DNA of 64,000 bases, taken from positions 16,421 through 80,420 of IMG/VR virus record IMGVR_UViG_3300017560_000009; one strand, written 5' to 3'. Source of the stretch: a virus. Taxonomy: Duplodnaviria > Caudoviricetes. The notes beneath the pieces are model-generated. The model had not been told where the DNA came from and ran no database searches. It worked only from the letters and a program-made list of their open reading frames with translations. Below, piece by piece: positions 28,667-37,414 of the stretch. Numbering within the stretch: position 1 is the stretch's first letter; each line of letters opens with the position of its first letter. Both the position numbers and the translations under genes were made by a program.

Positions 28667-29254
28667 TTACGCCATCTCGAAGGCCGGGTGCGGCGTCGAG
28701 TGCGCCTTGGCCGTCAGCAGCACCTTGATCTGGTGCAGCACGTCATGCAGCGCGTTGTGGGCGTCCCCTTGGAACGGGATCATCGTTTCCAGAGGCGGGG
28801 GATCTTGCGGGTAGTAGCGACCGCGCAAGAACGAGTTCATGTCGTTGGTCATGCGGAAGTGGAACGGATTGCCCACGCCGAATTCCTTGAAGTAGGACTC
28901 CAGGAACGGGTACTCGAAGTGCGAGGGCTTGGCCCACAGACGCGGCTGGTCGTTATAGGGATCAAGATCAGCTTGCACCCAGTCCTTGAAGGCCTGCAAG
29001 ACCAGCTCGGGCTTCTCGCCACGGGACATGATCGACATCAGCAGATCCTTCTTATCCTTGAGCCACCACGACCGGGTGTCTTCCTGCCAGAAGCGCGTCG
29101 GCGGCATCATCAGGCAGCGGTCGAAGGTATGCGGCGAGATCGTGCCTTCCTTCAGGTTGAACTTCACAGCGGCGATCTGGATTATGGCGGTGGTCTCCGG
29201 CTGCGTGCCGGTGGATTCCAAGTCGCACATAACGTCGGGAAAGAGTTGAGTCAT
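28667..29254 (-). CDS. DEDDh 3'-5' exonuclease
   Basis: CDLESTG, WAKPSHFE, HNALHD. Confidence 0.85.
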   Translation of the reverse strand: MTQLFPDVMCDLESTGTQPETTAIIQIAAVKFNLKEGTISPHTFDRCLMMPPTRFWQEDTRSWWLKDKKDLLMSIMSRGEKPELVLQAFKDWVQADLDPYNDQPRLWAKPSHFEYPFLESYFKEFGVGNPFHFRMTNDMNSFLRGRYYPQDPPPLETMIPFQGDAHNALHDVLHQIKVLLTAKAHSTPHPAFEMA

Positions 29255-29697
29255 TGCTGTACCCAGAGAGTGAATTGAGGAAAGGTGAGGGAAGGGAGGT
29301 CAAGCCACTTCACCGACTTCTTACCAGCATCAACGAGTCGGATGAAGTGTCCAGCATCCACCACATGCCACTGTTCCAGCGCCAAGTGGTAGATGAAGAA
29401 GAAGTATCGGCCTCCCGCCGCCAGTGTTTGGCGAGCGCAGGCCATTTGTTGTTTGGTGATGTTGGAGAAAGCGAAGGACGTTTCATTGGCCGTCTCCTTC
29501 ACTTCCGCATAGAACATCTTGTTGTAGGCACTCATCATGTAGTCGGCAGGTTGAGCGTCCTTTCGGGCCAGATGATTGGCCTGTTGGCCAATAACGAACG
29601 TCGAGTCTGTGAAGCGTTGGACGTGGACCCGCTTACCATGGGGTTTCCACCAGTCTTCGAACATGCTTTCGGCGTCCTTGCCCTTACCGCGTGCCAT
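29251..29697 (-). CDS. PD-(D/E)XK nuclease, RecU-like Holliday junction resolvase
   Basis: ESMFE...PADY...YAEVKET...QQ pattern. Confidence 0.7.
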   Translation of the reverse strand: MARGKGKDAESMFEDWWKPHGKRVHVQRFTDSTFVIGQQANHLARKDAQPADYMMSAYNKMFYAEVKETANETSFAFSNITKQQMACARQTLAAGGRYFFFIYHLALEQWHVVDAGHFIRLVDAGKKSVKWLDLPSLTFPQFTLWVQQ

Positions 29698-29724
29698 GGT
29701 GCTTCCTTCAAGAATGAAGGTTGC

Positions 29725-29770
29725 ATTATAGGCCGGAATACACCTTTGTGGTGCATCCGGCCTAGTCTTT
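29725..29770. promoter_or_regulatory. Intergenic inverted repeat overlapping a TATAAT box (minus strand)
   Basis: TAGGCCGGA(29729-37)/TCCGGCCTA(29756-64) with inner CACC/GGTG; ATTATA at 29725-30. Confidence 0.5.
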
Positions 29771-30001
29771 TTACTTGGGCAGGTTCAGCCCAAGTTTCTG
29801 GTGGGCCTTGCTCAGCAACTCCATAGCCAAGTCGATGGCTTCCTTCGGGGTCAGGTGAACGCGCAGATCACGTTGATCACCGTGTTTTTCGAAGAACTCC
29901 ATCTCCACGCCCTCGGGCGAACTGGGGCTGGCCCTCACCATGACGGCGTTGACATCGACCAGCTTAGCTGCCCGCTTGTTGAACTTCTCATCAACTTTCA
30001 T
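29771..30001 (-). CDS. Hypothetical protein
   Basis: ORF from MKVDEK with GGAG RBS. Confidence 0.65.
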   Translation of the reverse strand: MKVDEKFNKRAAKLVDVNAVMVRASPSSPEGVEMEFFEKHGDQRDLRVHLTPKEAIDLAMELLSKAHQKLGLNLPK

Positions 30002-30011
30002 GGTATCTCCT

Positions 30012-30311
30012 TCAATAGACCATGCAGTCCCGGCTACCGCAACGCCAGCCTTGCGTGTCTTGATGGACGTTCTCCGTGGTCCCGCAGCAGACACATTTGT
30101 GCGGCACCAGGGTGAAGCGCGGCACGCCGGTATGGTGCTGGCCCTGGAAGTTCTCGACCGTCCTGGTCCAGTGCCGGCCATCGTGCTTGCCACGGAAGGT
30201 CACGGACGGTAGGTCGATCCCACCCTCCAGGGTGATGTGGCCCGTGCAGACGACGTGGTAGAGCTTGCCGTTGACGTGGGTGTAGTCACGGCCGACGAGG
30301 ATTTCAGGCAT
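30012..30311 (-). CDS. DUF1653-like protein
   Basis: YTHVNGKLYHVV...WTRTVENF resembles the DUF1653 pattern Y.H.KG..Y.V...W.R....F. Confidence 0.6.
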   Translation of the reverse strand: MPEILVGRDYTHVNGKLYHVVCTGHITLEGGIDLPSVTFRGKHDGRHWTRTVENFQGQHHTGVPRFTLVPHKCVCCGTTENVHQDTQGWRCGSRDCMVY

Positions 30312-31647
30312 GTTCCACCTCCTGCACTTCGTGAAGCCGCACGTACACCGGGTTCTTCAGCGAGCCGTCCTTGGTGATCTCGATGGCTTCCAGCACCACG
30401 CGCTTGCCGTTCATGCGCTCACCCATCGACCAGAAGAGACCACGGGTGCCGAGGTCGAAGCCGGAACCGCACTTCGAGTCGAACTTCACACCATGCTCGT
30501 CCTGGCCACGGACCATGATGCCTCCCATGTTGCCTTCCAGCGCCGAGTTCTTCTTGCCTTCGTACATGCCGTAGATCACACCGTCGAAGGTTTGCAGCGG
30601 CTTGCCCTTCAACCAGTTGCCCGAGCGCTTGTACTCGTAGTAGCCACGCGGGTCTTTGATCATCAGACCTTCATAGCCATCGTCCACGGCCTTGCGCAGC
30701 TTCTTGGACAGCTCTTCCTGGGTGTGCGCCCATTCGAAGGGGCTGGGACGCAGCAGCAGGTCGTCGCCGTAGAGGTTCTTCAACTCGTCCAGCGCGGCCA
30801 GCAGCATGCTGGAGCGGGCCTCCTGGTCCATCGCGCATTCCTGGTTGTCCCATTGGTTCAGCGGGATCCAGTCGAAGAGGTAGTAGCGCAGCTTGGACTT
30901 ATCAGCGCCTTCCTTCTTCGATTCCATGGTGGCGTTCCAGGTGTTGGACTTGCCACCGGGGTTGAGCTGCTGGTCCATGACCTCGCCGTCGAAGACCACG
31001 CCGTTGATGCTGCCGACCAGGAGGGTACGCAGTGAATCCAGCTGGGCGTCGAACATATCTTCCAGCCAGCCTTTGCGCTGGTCCAGGCCGTCGCGGGAAC
31101 GCATCTCGAAGCGGGCCGGAAAGTCCGGGCGCTTCTTGATGAGCGTGGTCACACGCTGGCCGTCGAACTTCAGCTCGACCATGCAGGGGATTACGGCGTC
31201 GTTCTTGCCCGGTTCCCACTTCTCGGCCAGCATCACGTCGAAGACGGGGATGAAACCGGGGAGGATCTTGTTGATCTCCTTCGCGCCCATGCCCACGCGC
31301 AGGTTCTTGCGCAGCACGCAAGCCAAGGCTTCCGCCGCTTCCTGGGGGTACAGGCCCAGGACTGCCGTGATCTCCTTCTGCGCGGCCTTGCCCGTCAGCT
31401 CGCGGTCGGACAGCTGGTCCAGCAGCGTGAAGAAGTGGTCGATGGGCTTGCAGCTCATGTCCGGGTATTCCTCGGGCATGTCGAAGTTCTTCACGCCGAA
31501 GGTGGTAAACGGCGTCATGGCCTTGAACACCAGCTCGTGCGCGGTACTGGGCGGCGCGCCCAGCTGAATGAAGGCCTCGGCCTTCTCGATGCGACTGCCA
31601 GTGGCCGCAGCGGCGCGCATGAAGTTCACAAAACGGGTAAGACTCAT
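30304..31647 (-). CDS. ATP-dependent DNA ligase
   Basis: ELKFDGQR (KxDG), FDGE, YLFD, EGLMIKD, WLKGKP, and an OB-fold CGSGF segment. Confidence 0.94.
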   Translation of the reverse strand: MSLTRFVNFMRAAAATGSRIEKAEAFIQLGAPPSTAHELVFKAMTPFTTFGVKNFDMPEEYPDMSCKPIDHFFTLLDQLSDRELTGKAAQKEITAVLGLYPQEAAEALACVLRKNLRVGMGAKEINKILPGFIPVFDVMLAEKWEPGKNDAVIPCMVELKFDGQRVTTLIKKRPDFPARFEMRSRDGLDQRKGWLEDMFDAQLDSLRTLLVGSINGVVFDGEVMDQQLNPGGKSNTWNATMESKKEGADKSKLRYYLFDWIPLNQWDNQECAMDQEARSSMLLAALDELKNLYGDDLLLRPSPFEWAHTQEELSKKLRKAVDDGYEGLMIKDPRGYYEYKRSGNWLKGKPLQTFDGVIYGMYEGKKNSALEGNMGGIMVRGQDEHGVKFDSKCGSGFDLGTRGLFWSMGERMNGKRVVLEAIEITKDGSLKNPVYVRLHEVQEVEHA

Positions 31648-31650
31648 CTT

Positions 31651-31836
31651 TCAATCCTCGTACAAGTTAACCCAGGCTTGCTTTTCTTTGTCCCAGTATT
31701 CTTGGGCAAGCATGGTGTAGGTGGAAAACCACATCGTCCCTGGCGCTGCGGTACTGACCTGACCAGTATTTGGGTCTGTGTACCGCAGCGTCCCGTGGCG
31801 AGGCTCAGCTGTTCTTGAACTCTTGCCAGTTGACAT
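31651..31836 (-). CDS. Hypothetical protein
   Basis: Small ORF packed in the operon. Confidence 0.5.
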   Translation of the reverse strand: MSTGKSSRTAEPRHGTLRYTDPNTGQVSTAAPGTMWFSTYTMLAQEYWDKEKQAWVNLYED

Positions 31837-32086
31837 TGGGCGCTTCCTCGCTTTCGTTCTTCAGCCATTGCTCGGCTTCGATCACGCCATCAAGCAGTTC
31901 CTGGTCGAACTCTTCGCCCGTGGATTCTTCGCCGTACTTATCGAAGATCTCATCATGGGTGGGCAGCTCTTCGAGCACCCACACCTGGGCGTCCAGCGTG
32001 TGCTTGTGGAAGTTCGGAATGAACATCCGGCACTGGGCGAGTTCTACCAGCTCGGCCGCGATCTCTTCCTTGGTGCGCAGGGCCAT
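31805..32086 (-). CDS. Hypothetical acidic protein
   Basis: Start MALRTK with GGGAAG RBS; tightly packed. Confidence 0.65.
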   Translation of the reverse strand: MALRTKEEIAAELVELAQCRMFIPNFHKHTLDAQVWVLEELPTHDEIFDKYGEESTGEEFDQELLDGVIEAEQWLKNESEEAPNVNWQEFKNS

Positions 32087-32087
32087 G

Positions 32088-32333
32088 TCACTTCCCCTCG
32101 ACCAGACGTTCGAGGTCTTGCGCGAGCATCGGCAGCTCACGCTCGCAGTGGCGGGCGTAGGCACGCAGCGCGGGGCCGGCGTACTTGTCGTTGTCGATGT
32201 CGATCACGAAGTAACGCGCACCTTCGCGGTCGCCACCCGGTTGGTCGCGCCCGTCATTGCGGGTCACGGTGAACTTCTCGTACAAGCCCTCGGGCTGCAC
32301 GTCGTTGGGGTTGTAGGGTGTGTCCATCTTCAA
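32088..32333 (-). CDS. Conserved-looking phage hypothetical protein
   Basis: GLYEKFTVTR.DG.D.PGG...ARYFVID...D.YA..AL.AYA pattern. Confidence 0.7.
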   Translation of the reverse strand: MKMDTPYNPNDVQPEGLYEKFTVTRNDGRDQPGGDREGARYFVIDIDNDKYAGPALRAYARHCERELPMLAQDLERLVEGK

Positions 32334-32965
32334 TCCTTGAGGTAGTGAGTCTGCGGGGCCATCGACTGGCCCATGGGGGCCAGCTTGTTGTACATCTGCA
32401 TGAACCGCTTACGCGATTCATCGCGGTTCCACACGCAGTCCAGGTAGACCTCCAGTGGGAAGTCCAGTCTGGCCAGCGTGAGGTGGTTGATACCGGCGTC
32501 TTCCAGGCAGGCCCAGAGGTCGCCGTTCTGAAGCAGAACATGCTTCTCGATGGCCAAGGCCACGAGATCCGCGTAGCGGATACGCGGGTCGTGCGTCGGA
32601 TCGAAACGGAACCAGCGGGCCATGTGGCCATGCAGCTCGTTCTCGATCCTGCGGTAGTCCGGCAGCAGGCGCTTGAGTGGCGAGGTGGCGTCTCCCATCA
32701 GCGATTCTGTCGCATCATGGAAGAGGCCCATGTACCAGAGCTGCGGCTGGCTCGGGTTCAGTTCCATCAGCAGCTGGGCAACCAGCACGCTGTGCTGTGC
32801 GACGTTGTAGGTCACATAAGGGAGCTGGCCGCAGTAGCGCGCCGTCGAAGACAGTCCGCTCGCCACGTCGTACACGCTCATGTGGCTGTTCGCTCCGATG
32901 TTGGTCCAGTCGAAGTAGCCACCGGAGGCCAGCGACACGTCATCTTTATGCGGGGTTGGCTTCAT
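32330..32965 (-). CDS. HD-domain phosphohydrolase (YfbR/5'-deoxynucleotidase-like)
   Basis: RYCGQ...YNVAQHSVLV, LFHDATESLMGD..SPLK, YADLVALAIEK. Confidence 0.88.
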   Translation of the reverse strand: MKPTPHKDDVSLASGGYFDWTNIGANSHMSVYDVASGLSSTARYCGQLPYVTYNVAQHSVLVAQLLMELNPSQPQLWYMGLFHDATESLMGDATSPLKRLLPDYRRIENELHGHMARWFRFDPTHDPRIRYADLVALAIEKHVLLQNGDLWACLEDAGINHLTLARLDFPLEVYLDCVWNRDESRKRFMQMYNKLAPMGQSMAPQTHYLKD

Positions 32966-33617
32966 CTTCGGTCTCCTTGTTGGCGCGGTCGAGCTTGTGC
33001 TGAGCGACCATCAGCTCCCACTCTTCCTTCTTCACACGCCGGCAACCTTCCAGGCTGTCGGGATCATAGGTAGCGCACGGTCCCGTGACCTTGAAGCCTT
33101 TGTCTTCCTGCTCCTTGACATAGGCCCGGATGTCAGGCGCCCACATGGCATAAGGACCGTCCTTGCCCAAGTACAGGAAGCCGACTTCATGCAGCGGAGG
33201 CCAGCCGATGTGGCGGAAACCTTCTTCCGATTCCTTGCCGTCCTCGATCTTGACGAAGGACATGGTGAGCGGGATCTTGTAGGCGTCCACCAGCTTGCTC
33301 GGTTGCGTTTCGATGCAAGGCTGGTTCTTGAAACGCTCCGCCCAGTGCGTGCCTTGCTTCGGGTGGCAGGTCTTGTTGCGACCCTTCGGCTTGGTGAAGT
33401 CCGGGTGGTGGTGGCCGCGTTCGAACTGCACGCCCAGCAAGGTGCCTTTGTCGATGTGACGGAAGGCTCCTTCCACCTTGGCTTCGTCGCTGATTTCCTT
33501 GATCAGCGCAGCGCGAGCGCCGTCCGTGGCGATCACGTCACGGATGTGGGCTTGCACCAGTTCGAGGGCGAGACCCCCTTCGATGATGTAGTAGAGAGAG
33601 GGAATGTTGGGGTTCAT
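32946..33617 (-). CDS. Hypothetical protein
   Basis: ATGA-coupled to polA; 223 aa. Confidence 0.7.
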   Translation of the reverse strand: MNPNIPSLYYIIEGGLALELVQAHIRDVIATDGARAALIKEISDEAKVEGAFRHIDKGTLLGVQFERGHHHPDFTKPKGRNKTCHPKQGTHWAERFKNQPCIETQPSKLVDAYKIPLTMSFVKIEDGKESEEGFRHIGWPPLHEVGFLYLGKDGPYAMWAPDIRAYVKEQEDKGFKVTGPCATYDPDSLEGCRRVKKEEWELMVAQHKLDRANKETEDEANPA

Positions 33618-36340
33618 GCGGCTTTCCTTTCTTGTTTGGGGCCGTCCAGGATGTAGTCCAGGATGGCTTGCCGTTCTTCGTCGTTGGCAGCGTTGCCCCA
33701 CGAGCTTTCAGCCACGCAGGGGACGCCCTTCTGGATTTCCATCAGTTCGATCTGGCCGTTCGGTGCTTTGTCCAGGCTCCACGGCTGCAACGTCTTACCG
33801 ATGGCCAGCGAAGAGTCCAGCTTCAGGTTGTTGATGAGGCCAGCGCCTTCGATCATGACAGCGTATAGATCCTTCATGAAGGCCAGGGCTTGCGAACGCG
33901 GCACGGAGTAGACCAGTTCGTCATGGATCAGCAGGAAGAAGCGGGCGCGGTATCCCTTCTCAGCGATCACTTCCTTCATGCGCTTGATCTTGCGCTTGGC
34001 CAGCGCCGCACACAGACCTTGCACCATGGAGTTCACCGACTGGTTGCCGGCGCGGCGGTTGATCTTCTTGATGACCAGCTCGCCGAAGTTGGTGATGGCT
34101 TCGACACCGTAGTGCTGGAACTTCTGGCGCATGTGGGCCATCCATTCGTAGGTCGATTCGAAGCGATCACGACGATGGTGGTCAGGCAGTTCGACGTAGC
34201 CGTTGTCACGCGAGAAGTCGATGACACCAAGACGCCATGCTTCGCCTTGAGGGAACGTGTTGCGGTACTTCTCGGTCTGCTCCCACATCTCGTCCGATGT
34301 CCAACCCATTTCCTTGGCCGTGGTGCCGAGCGCGCCGGAGTACCAGTAGCCGAAGTTGGACACCTTGCCGACCTTGGTTCGCAACTCCTTCTTCTTCGGG
34401 CTGATGTCGTACTCTTCCTTGCTCATCCCGGTCATACCGAGTACGGCACGAGAGTGCAGATCCTTGTGCGGGCGCTGGCCATAAGCGTCGAAGAAGCCCG
34501 CATCGCCGGAGTATTCCCCGATGATCACCAGCTCAACCGCCGACCAGTCCGCCGAGATCAGCACATGCTCTTCACCCTCAGCGTCGTCCTTGTCAGCTTC
34601 GAAGAAGCCGCGCACGTACTGGGATTCCCCGAACTTGGCCAGCTGCTGGCCGTTGGGGGTCGAGCACGCCGAGCGCCGGCTGGCCAGCAAGCTGGACAAG
34701 ACCGGGTACACGCGGTTGGTATCAGGGTCGATGAGGTTCAGATACGGCGTGATGTACAGCTTCACGCGCTGGGAGATCCCGGCCATCTTGGCGTAGACAT
34801 CGAACACCCCCAGGCCGGCCCGGAAACGGGCATAGGCGCTCTCCAATTCCTCGGGGAGTACCCAGGTAGCCACGTCCTCCAAAACCTCGCCCTGCGGGTC
34901 CACAGGCACGCCCTTTTCGGGGTGGATGAAACCGGCCAGCTCGCCCTCGGCGTAGCGCTTGATCCAGCGGCGGCGCAACTCGGTGCGGCAGTCGCCATCC
35001 GATTGGGTCTTGCCGTTGACCAGCATGAAGCTGCCGCGCATCAGGTCGTACAGAATGACGCGCATCGGCATGTAGTGGACGAGGTTCGGGCCAGTGCTTT
35101 CACGCTCACCATTTTCCAGCGCCCAGGCGGCTGAGACCGGTGAGCGAACCTGTTTGACCTGCAAGTAGTCGTCCTGGTGGTCCATGCTGTTGGCCCAGGC
35201 CACGATCTGGGAGCGGTACTTGGCGACGTTGCCGCTGCCTTTGGTCTCGTCCCAATACCACTTGTCGTACTTGGCCAGCTTGTCGTGCATGTCGGCAGGG
35301 AAGGGGAGCAAGCCCTTAACTGCGGCCTTCAACTCCCGCAGCGATTGCGCTTCCAACGAGCGCTCGACCGAACGGCGCGCATACACCGCGTCGGTGTTCA
35401 TCTCGATGCCGTGTTGCCAGACTTCGGAGGCCGCTTTCACGAAAGGCATTTCCTGTTCCAGATACGTCTGGAAGACAGGCGGGTTGGTCTGCATGATGTA
35501 GGCCAGCACCGTATGGAACAGCTTCAGGCACCAGTAGGCGTCGTCCACGCCGTAGCTGGCCACTTCGTCGCCAGTCAACTGGCCCATGTGGACCTTCTTG
35601 CCCATGGTCTGTTCAAACGTGGCCATGTCGTAGCCGAACCAGGACTTCACCGCACGCTTCAGGTCGTAGCCGATCTTGATGGAAGCGACGTAGCCGTTCC
35701 AGCTGTGGTCTGCGTCCGACTCCTTGGCGATGACCTTGTACAGCAGCTCTTCCTGTTCGTTGCTCATCTCCATGCCCGGTTGGTAGCCGGCGAAGACGCG
35801 CTGCACGATGGGCAGAAGCTTCTCGATCCCGCCCAGACCTGGGCCATAGAAGCGATCCCGGAAGTAGGTGTCAGGCGAGTAGGCCGACACGCACAACTGC
35901 ATGGAGCACAGCACCTTGTCGCCCAGCTCGAAGCCCAGCGACTTGGCCATCATGGTCCATTCATAGTTGGCGTTGTGGATGACCCAGTACGCATCGGGGC
36001 GCTTGGCCTCCAGCATCTGCTTGGCCACTTCCCACGGCACGCGGTTCTCCACGTCCGCGTGAGCGAGATTGATGTAGTAGCCGCGCTCGCCTTTGTCCGG
36101 GTAGATCGAAAACCCGGTCACGGTGGTGCGGTTCACATCGAACACCAGACGCGCCGCCGCCGACTTGCGGCCTTCATCGTCCGCCTTCATGAAGCGGTTC
36201 AGGCCATCGTGACGGTCGATGTCCTGGGTTTCAATGTCGAAGCCGATCATGCCGGCCTTCGACACCTCGTCCACGATGATCGGAAGATACTGGTCGATGT
36301 TGCGAGCATCGACCAGTATCTTGTTCTGCAATTCCAACAT
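33614..36340 (-). CDS. polA: DNA polymerase, family A, with 3'-5' exonuclease domain
   Basis: Exo motifs GFDIET, IHNANYE, YGVDDA. Pol motif A ISADWSAVEL, motif B RTKVGKVSNFGYWY, motif C LIHDEL. Confidence 0.96.
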   Translation of the reverse strand: MLELQNKILVDARNIDQYLPIIVDEVSKAGMIGFDIETQDIDRHDGLNRFMKADDEGRKSAAARLVFDVNRTTVTGFSIYPDKGERGYYINLAHADVENRVPWEVAKQMLEAKRPDAYWVIHNANYEWTMMAKSLGFELGDKVLCSMQLCVSAYSPDTYFRDRFYGPGLGGIEKLLPIVQRVFAGYQPGMEMSNEQEELLYKVIAKESDADHSWNGYVASIKIGYDLKRAVKSWFGYDMATFEQTMGKKVHMGQLTGDEVASYGVDDAYWCLKLFHTVLAYIMQTNPPVFQTYLEQEMPFVKAASEVWQHGIEMNTDAVYARRSVERSLEAQSLRELKAAVKGLLPFPADMHDKLAKYDKWYWDETKGSGNVAKYRSQIVAWANSMDHQDDYLQVKQVRSPVSAAWALENGERESTGPNLVHYMPMRVILYDLMRGSFMLVNGKTQSDGDCRTELRRRWIKRYAEGELAGFIHPEKGVPVDPQGEVLEDVATWVLPEELESAYARFRAGLGVFDVYAKMAGISQRVKLYITPYLNLIDPDTNRVYPVLSSLLASRRSACSTPNGQQLAKFGESQYVRGFFEADKDDAEGEEHVLISADWSAVELVIIGEYSGDAGFFDAYGQRPHKDLHSRAVLGMTGMSKEEYDISPKKKELRTKVGKVSNFGYWYSGALGTTAKEMGWTSDEMWEQTEKYRNTFPQGEAWRLGVIDFSRDNGYVELPDHHRRDRFESTYEWMAHMRQKFQHYGVEAITNFGELVIKKINRRAGNQSVNSMVQGLCAALAKRKIKRMKEVIAEKGYRARFFLLIHDELVYSVPRSQALAFMKDLYAVMIEGAGLINNLKLDSSLAIGKTLQPWSLDKAPNGQIELMEIQKGVPCVAESSWGNAANDEERQAILDYILDGPKQERKAA

Positions 36341-36349
36341 GACAGCTCC

Positions 36350-36751
36350 TTAGAACTCGCGCCGGCCCACAACCTCGCCGGTGAAGTCGTGAATCAACAG
36401 TTCAGTCGGGTAGTTCTTTCCGTCAACCATCAGCACCTTCGGGGCGATCAGGTTTTCGAATACCGTCTGGCCCCAGCAGTTGATGACGACTTGATCGCCT
36501 TTGCTGAAGAAGTGAGCCGGGGGACCGTGCAGTGTGATCTCGCCTTCAACGTCGGACTCGATCACATAGGTTTCCCAGTGCTTGCCGTTGGCCATGCTGT
36601 TGACATGGACCATCTCGAACGGCTCGATGCCCACCAGCGCCATTAGGCGGCGGCAGATGGCGATGCTTCCCCGGTAATTCAGGTTGGCGTCCGTCACCGT
36701 GGCGCGGTGGATCTTGGCGCGCAGGAAGGTGCGCGTGGTCTGGTGGGCCAT
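36350..36751 (-). CDS. panD: Aspartate 1-decarboxylase (PanD)-like pyruvoyl proenzyme with a divergent active site
   Basis: AKIHRATVT, YRG|SIAI self-cleavage site, NGK..ETYVI, GD.VVI. The E. coli R54 and N72 positions are His here. Confidence 0.85.
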   Translation of the reverse strand: MAHQTTRTFLRAKIHRATVTDANLNYRGSIAICRRLMALVGIEPFEMVHVNSMANGKHWETYVIESDVEGEITLHGPPAHFFSKGDQVVINCWGQTVFENLIAPKVLMVDGKNYPTELLIHDFTGEVVGRREF

Positions 36752-37197
36752 TACACGCGCCCCTTGCGCACGTCGCCGACCATCTCGTAGCGACCCATGG
36801 CCAGCGGCACGATGGGGCGGTTTTCGACGGTGATGACGATGTTGGCTTCGCGGGCTTCGGCCAGCAGCAGCTCCAGCTTGGCCTGGATGCGCGCCAGGGC
36901 TTCGTCCTGGTCCACGGGCGGTGCAGTCTTCTTGGCCACGTACTGGAAGACTTCTTCACGGGTCACTACCACTTCCATCTTGTGCTCGCCGGAGGCCTTC
37001 CACTTGGCCTTGGCCGGTTTCTTGGTCGGCACGAACACATCCCCAGTCAGCTTCAGCGCATGCGTGCCGATGCGTTCGACCAGATAGAAGTTGAAGTTCT
37101 CCAGGCCTATCGTGTCCCGGTTCAACTTCTCCCAGGCCGCGAGCATATAGTCCTGGGGTTCCATGCCAAAGAGGTCTTTGTATTCAGGCGTCTTCAT
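36751..37197 (-). CDS. Hypothetical protein
   Basis: Start MKTPEY with AAGGA RBS; stop overlaps the panD start. Confidence 0.65.
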   Translation of the reverse strand: MKTPEYKDLFGMEPQDYMLAAWEKLNRDTIGLENFNFYLVERIGTHALKLTGDVFVPTKKPAKAKWKASGEHKMEVVVTREEVFQYVAKKTAPPVDQDEALARIQAKLELLLAEAREANIVITVENRPIVPLAMGRYEMVGDVRKGRV

Positions 37198-37198
37198 G

Positions 37199-37414
37199 TC
37201 AGTTTCCTTGTTCGAGGATGGCAACTTGCAACGCGAGGCCAGCGGTCGAGACGGCCAGCACGCCGATGGCACCGTGTTCCTGCACGATGGCAACGATCTT
37301 GCCGACCAGCTCTTCGCCGAGCTTGCGTTGATCTTCGGGGAGGGTCTTGATGAGGTCTTGGGCTTGCATCAAGTCAAGGCGAGCAGCGCGGAGTTCTTCG
37401 GGGGAGGTCTTCAC
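37199..37414 (-). CDS. Hypothetical protein
   Basis: GTG start overlapping the exonuclease stop (GTGA). Confidence 0.55.
   Translation of the reverse strand: MKTSPEELRAARLDLMQAQDLIKTLPEDQRKLGEELVGKIVAIVQEHGAIGVLAVSTAGLALQVAILEQGN

Noticed and set aside
32330-36340. Diaminopurine (Z-genome) system suggested by HD hydrolase + MazG + PolA
   Set aside because: No PurZ/adenylosuccinate-synthetase homologue is in the window, and both hydrolase families are common in phages with canonical DNA.
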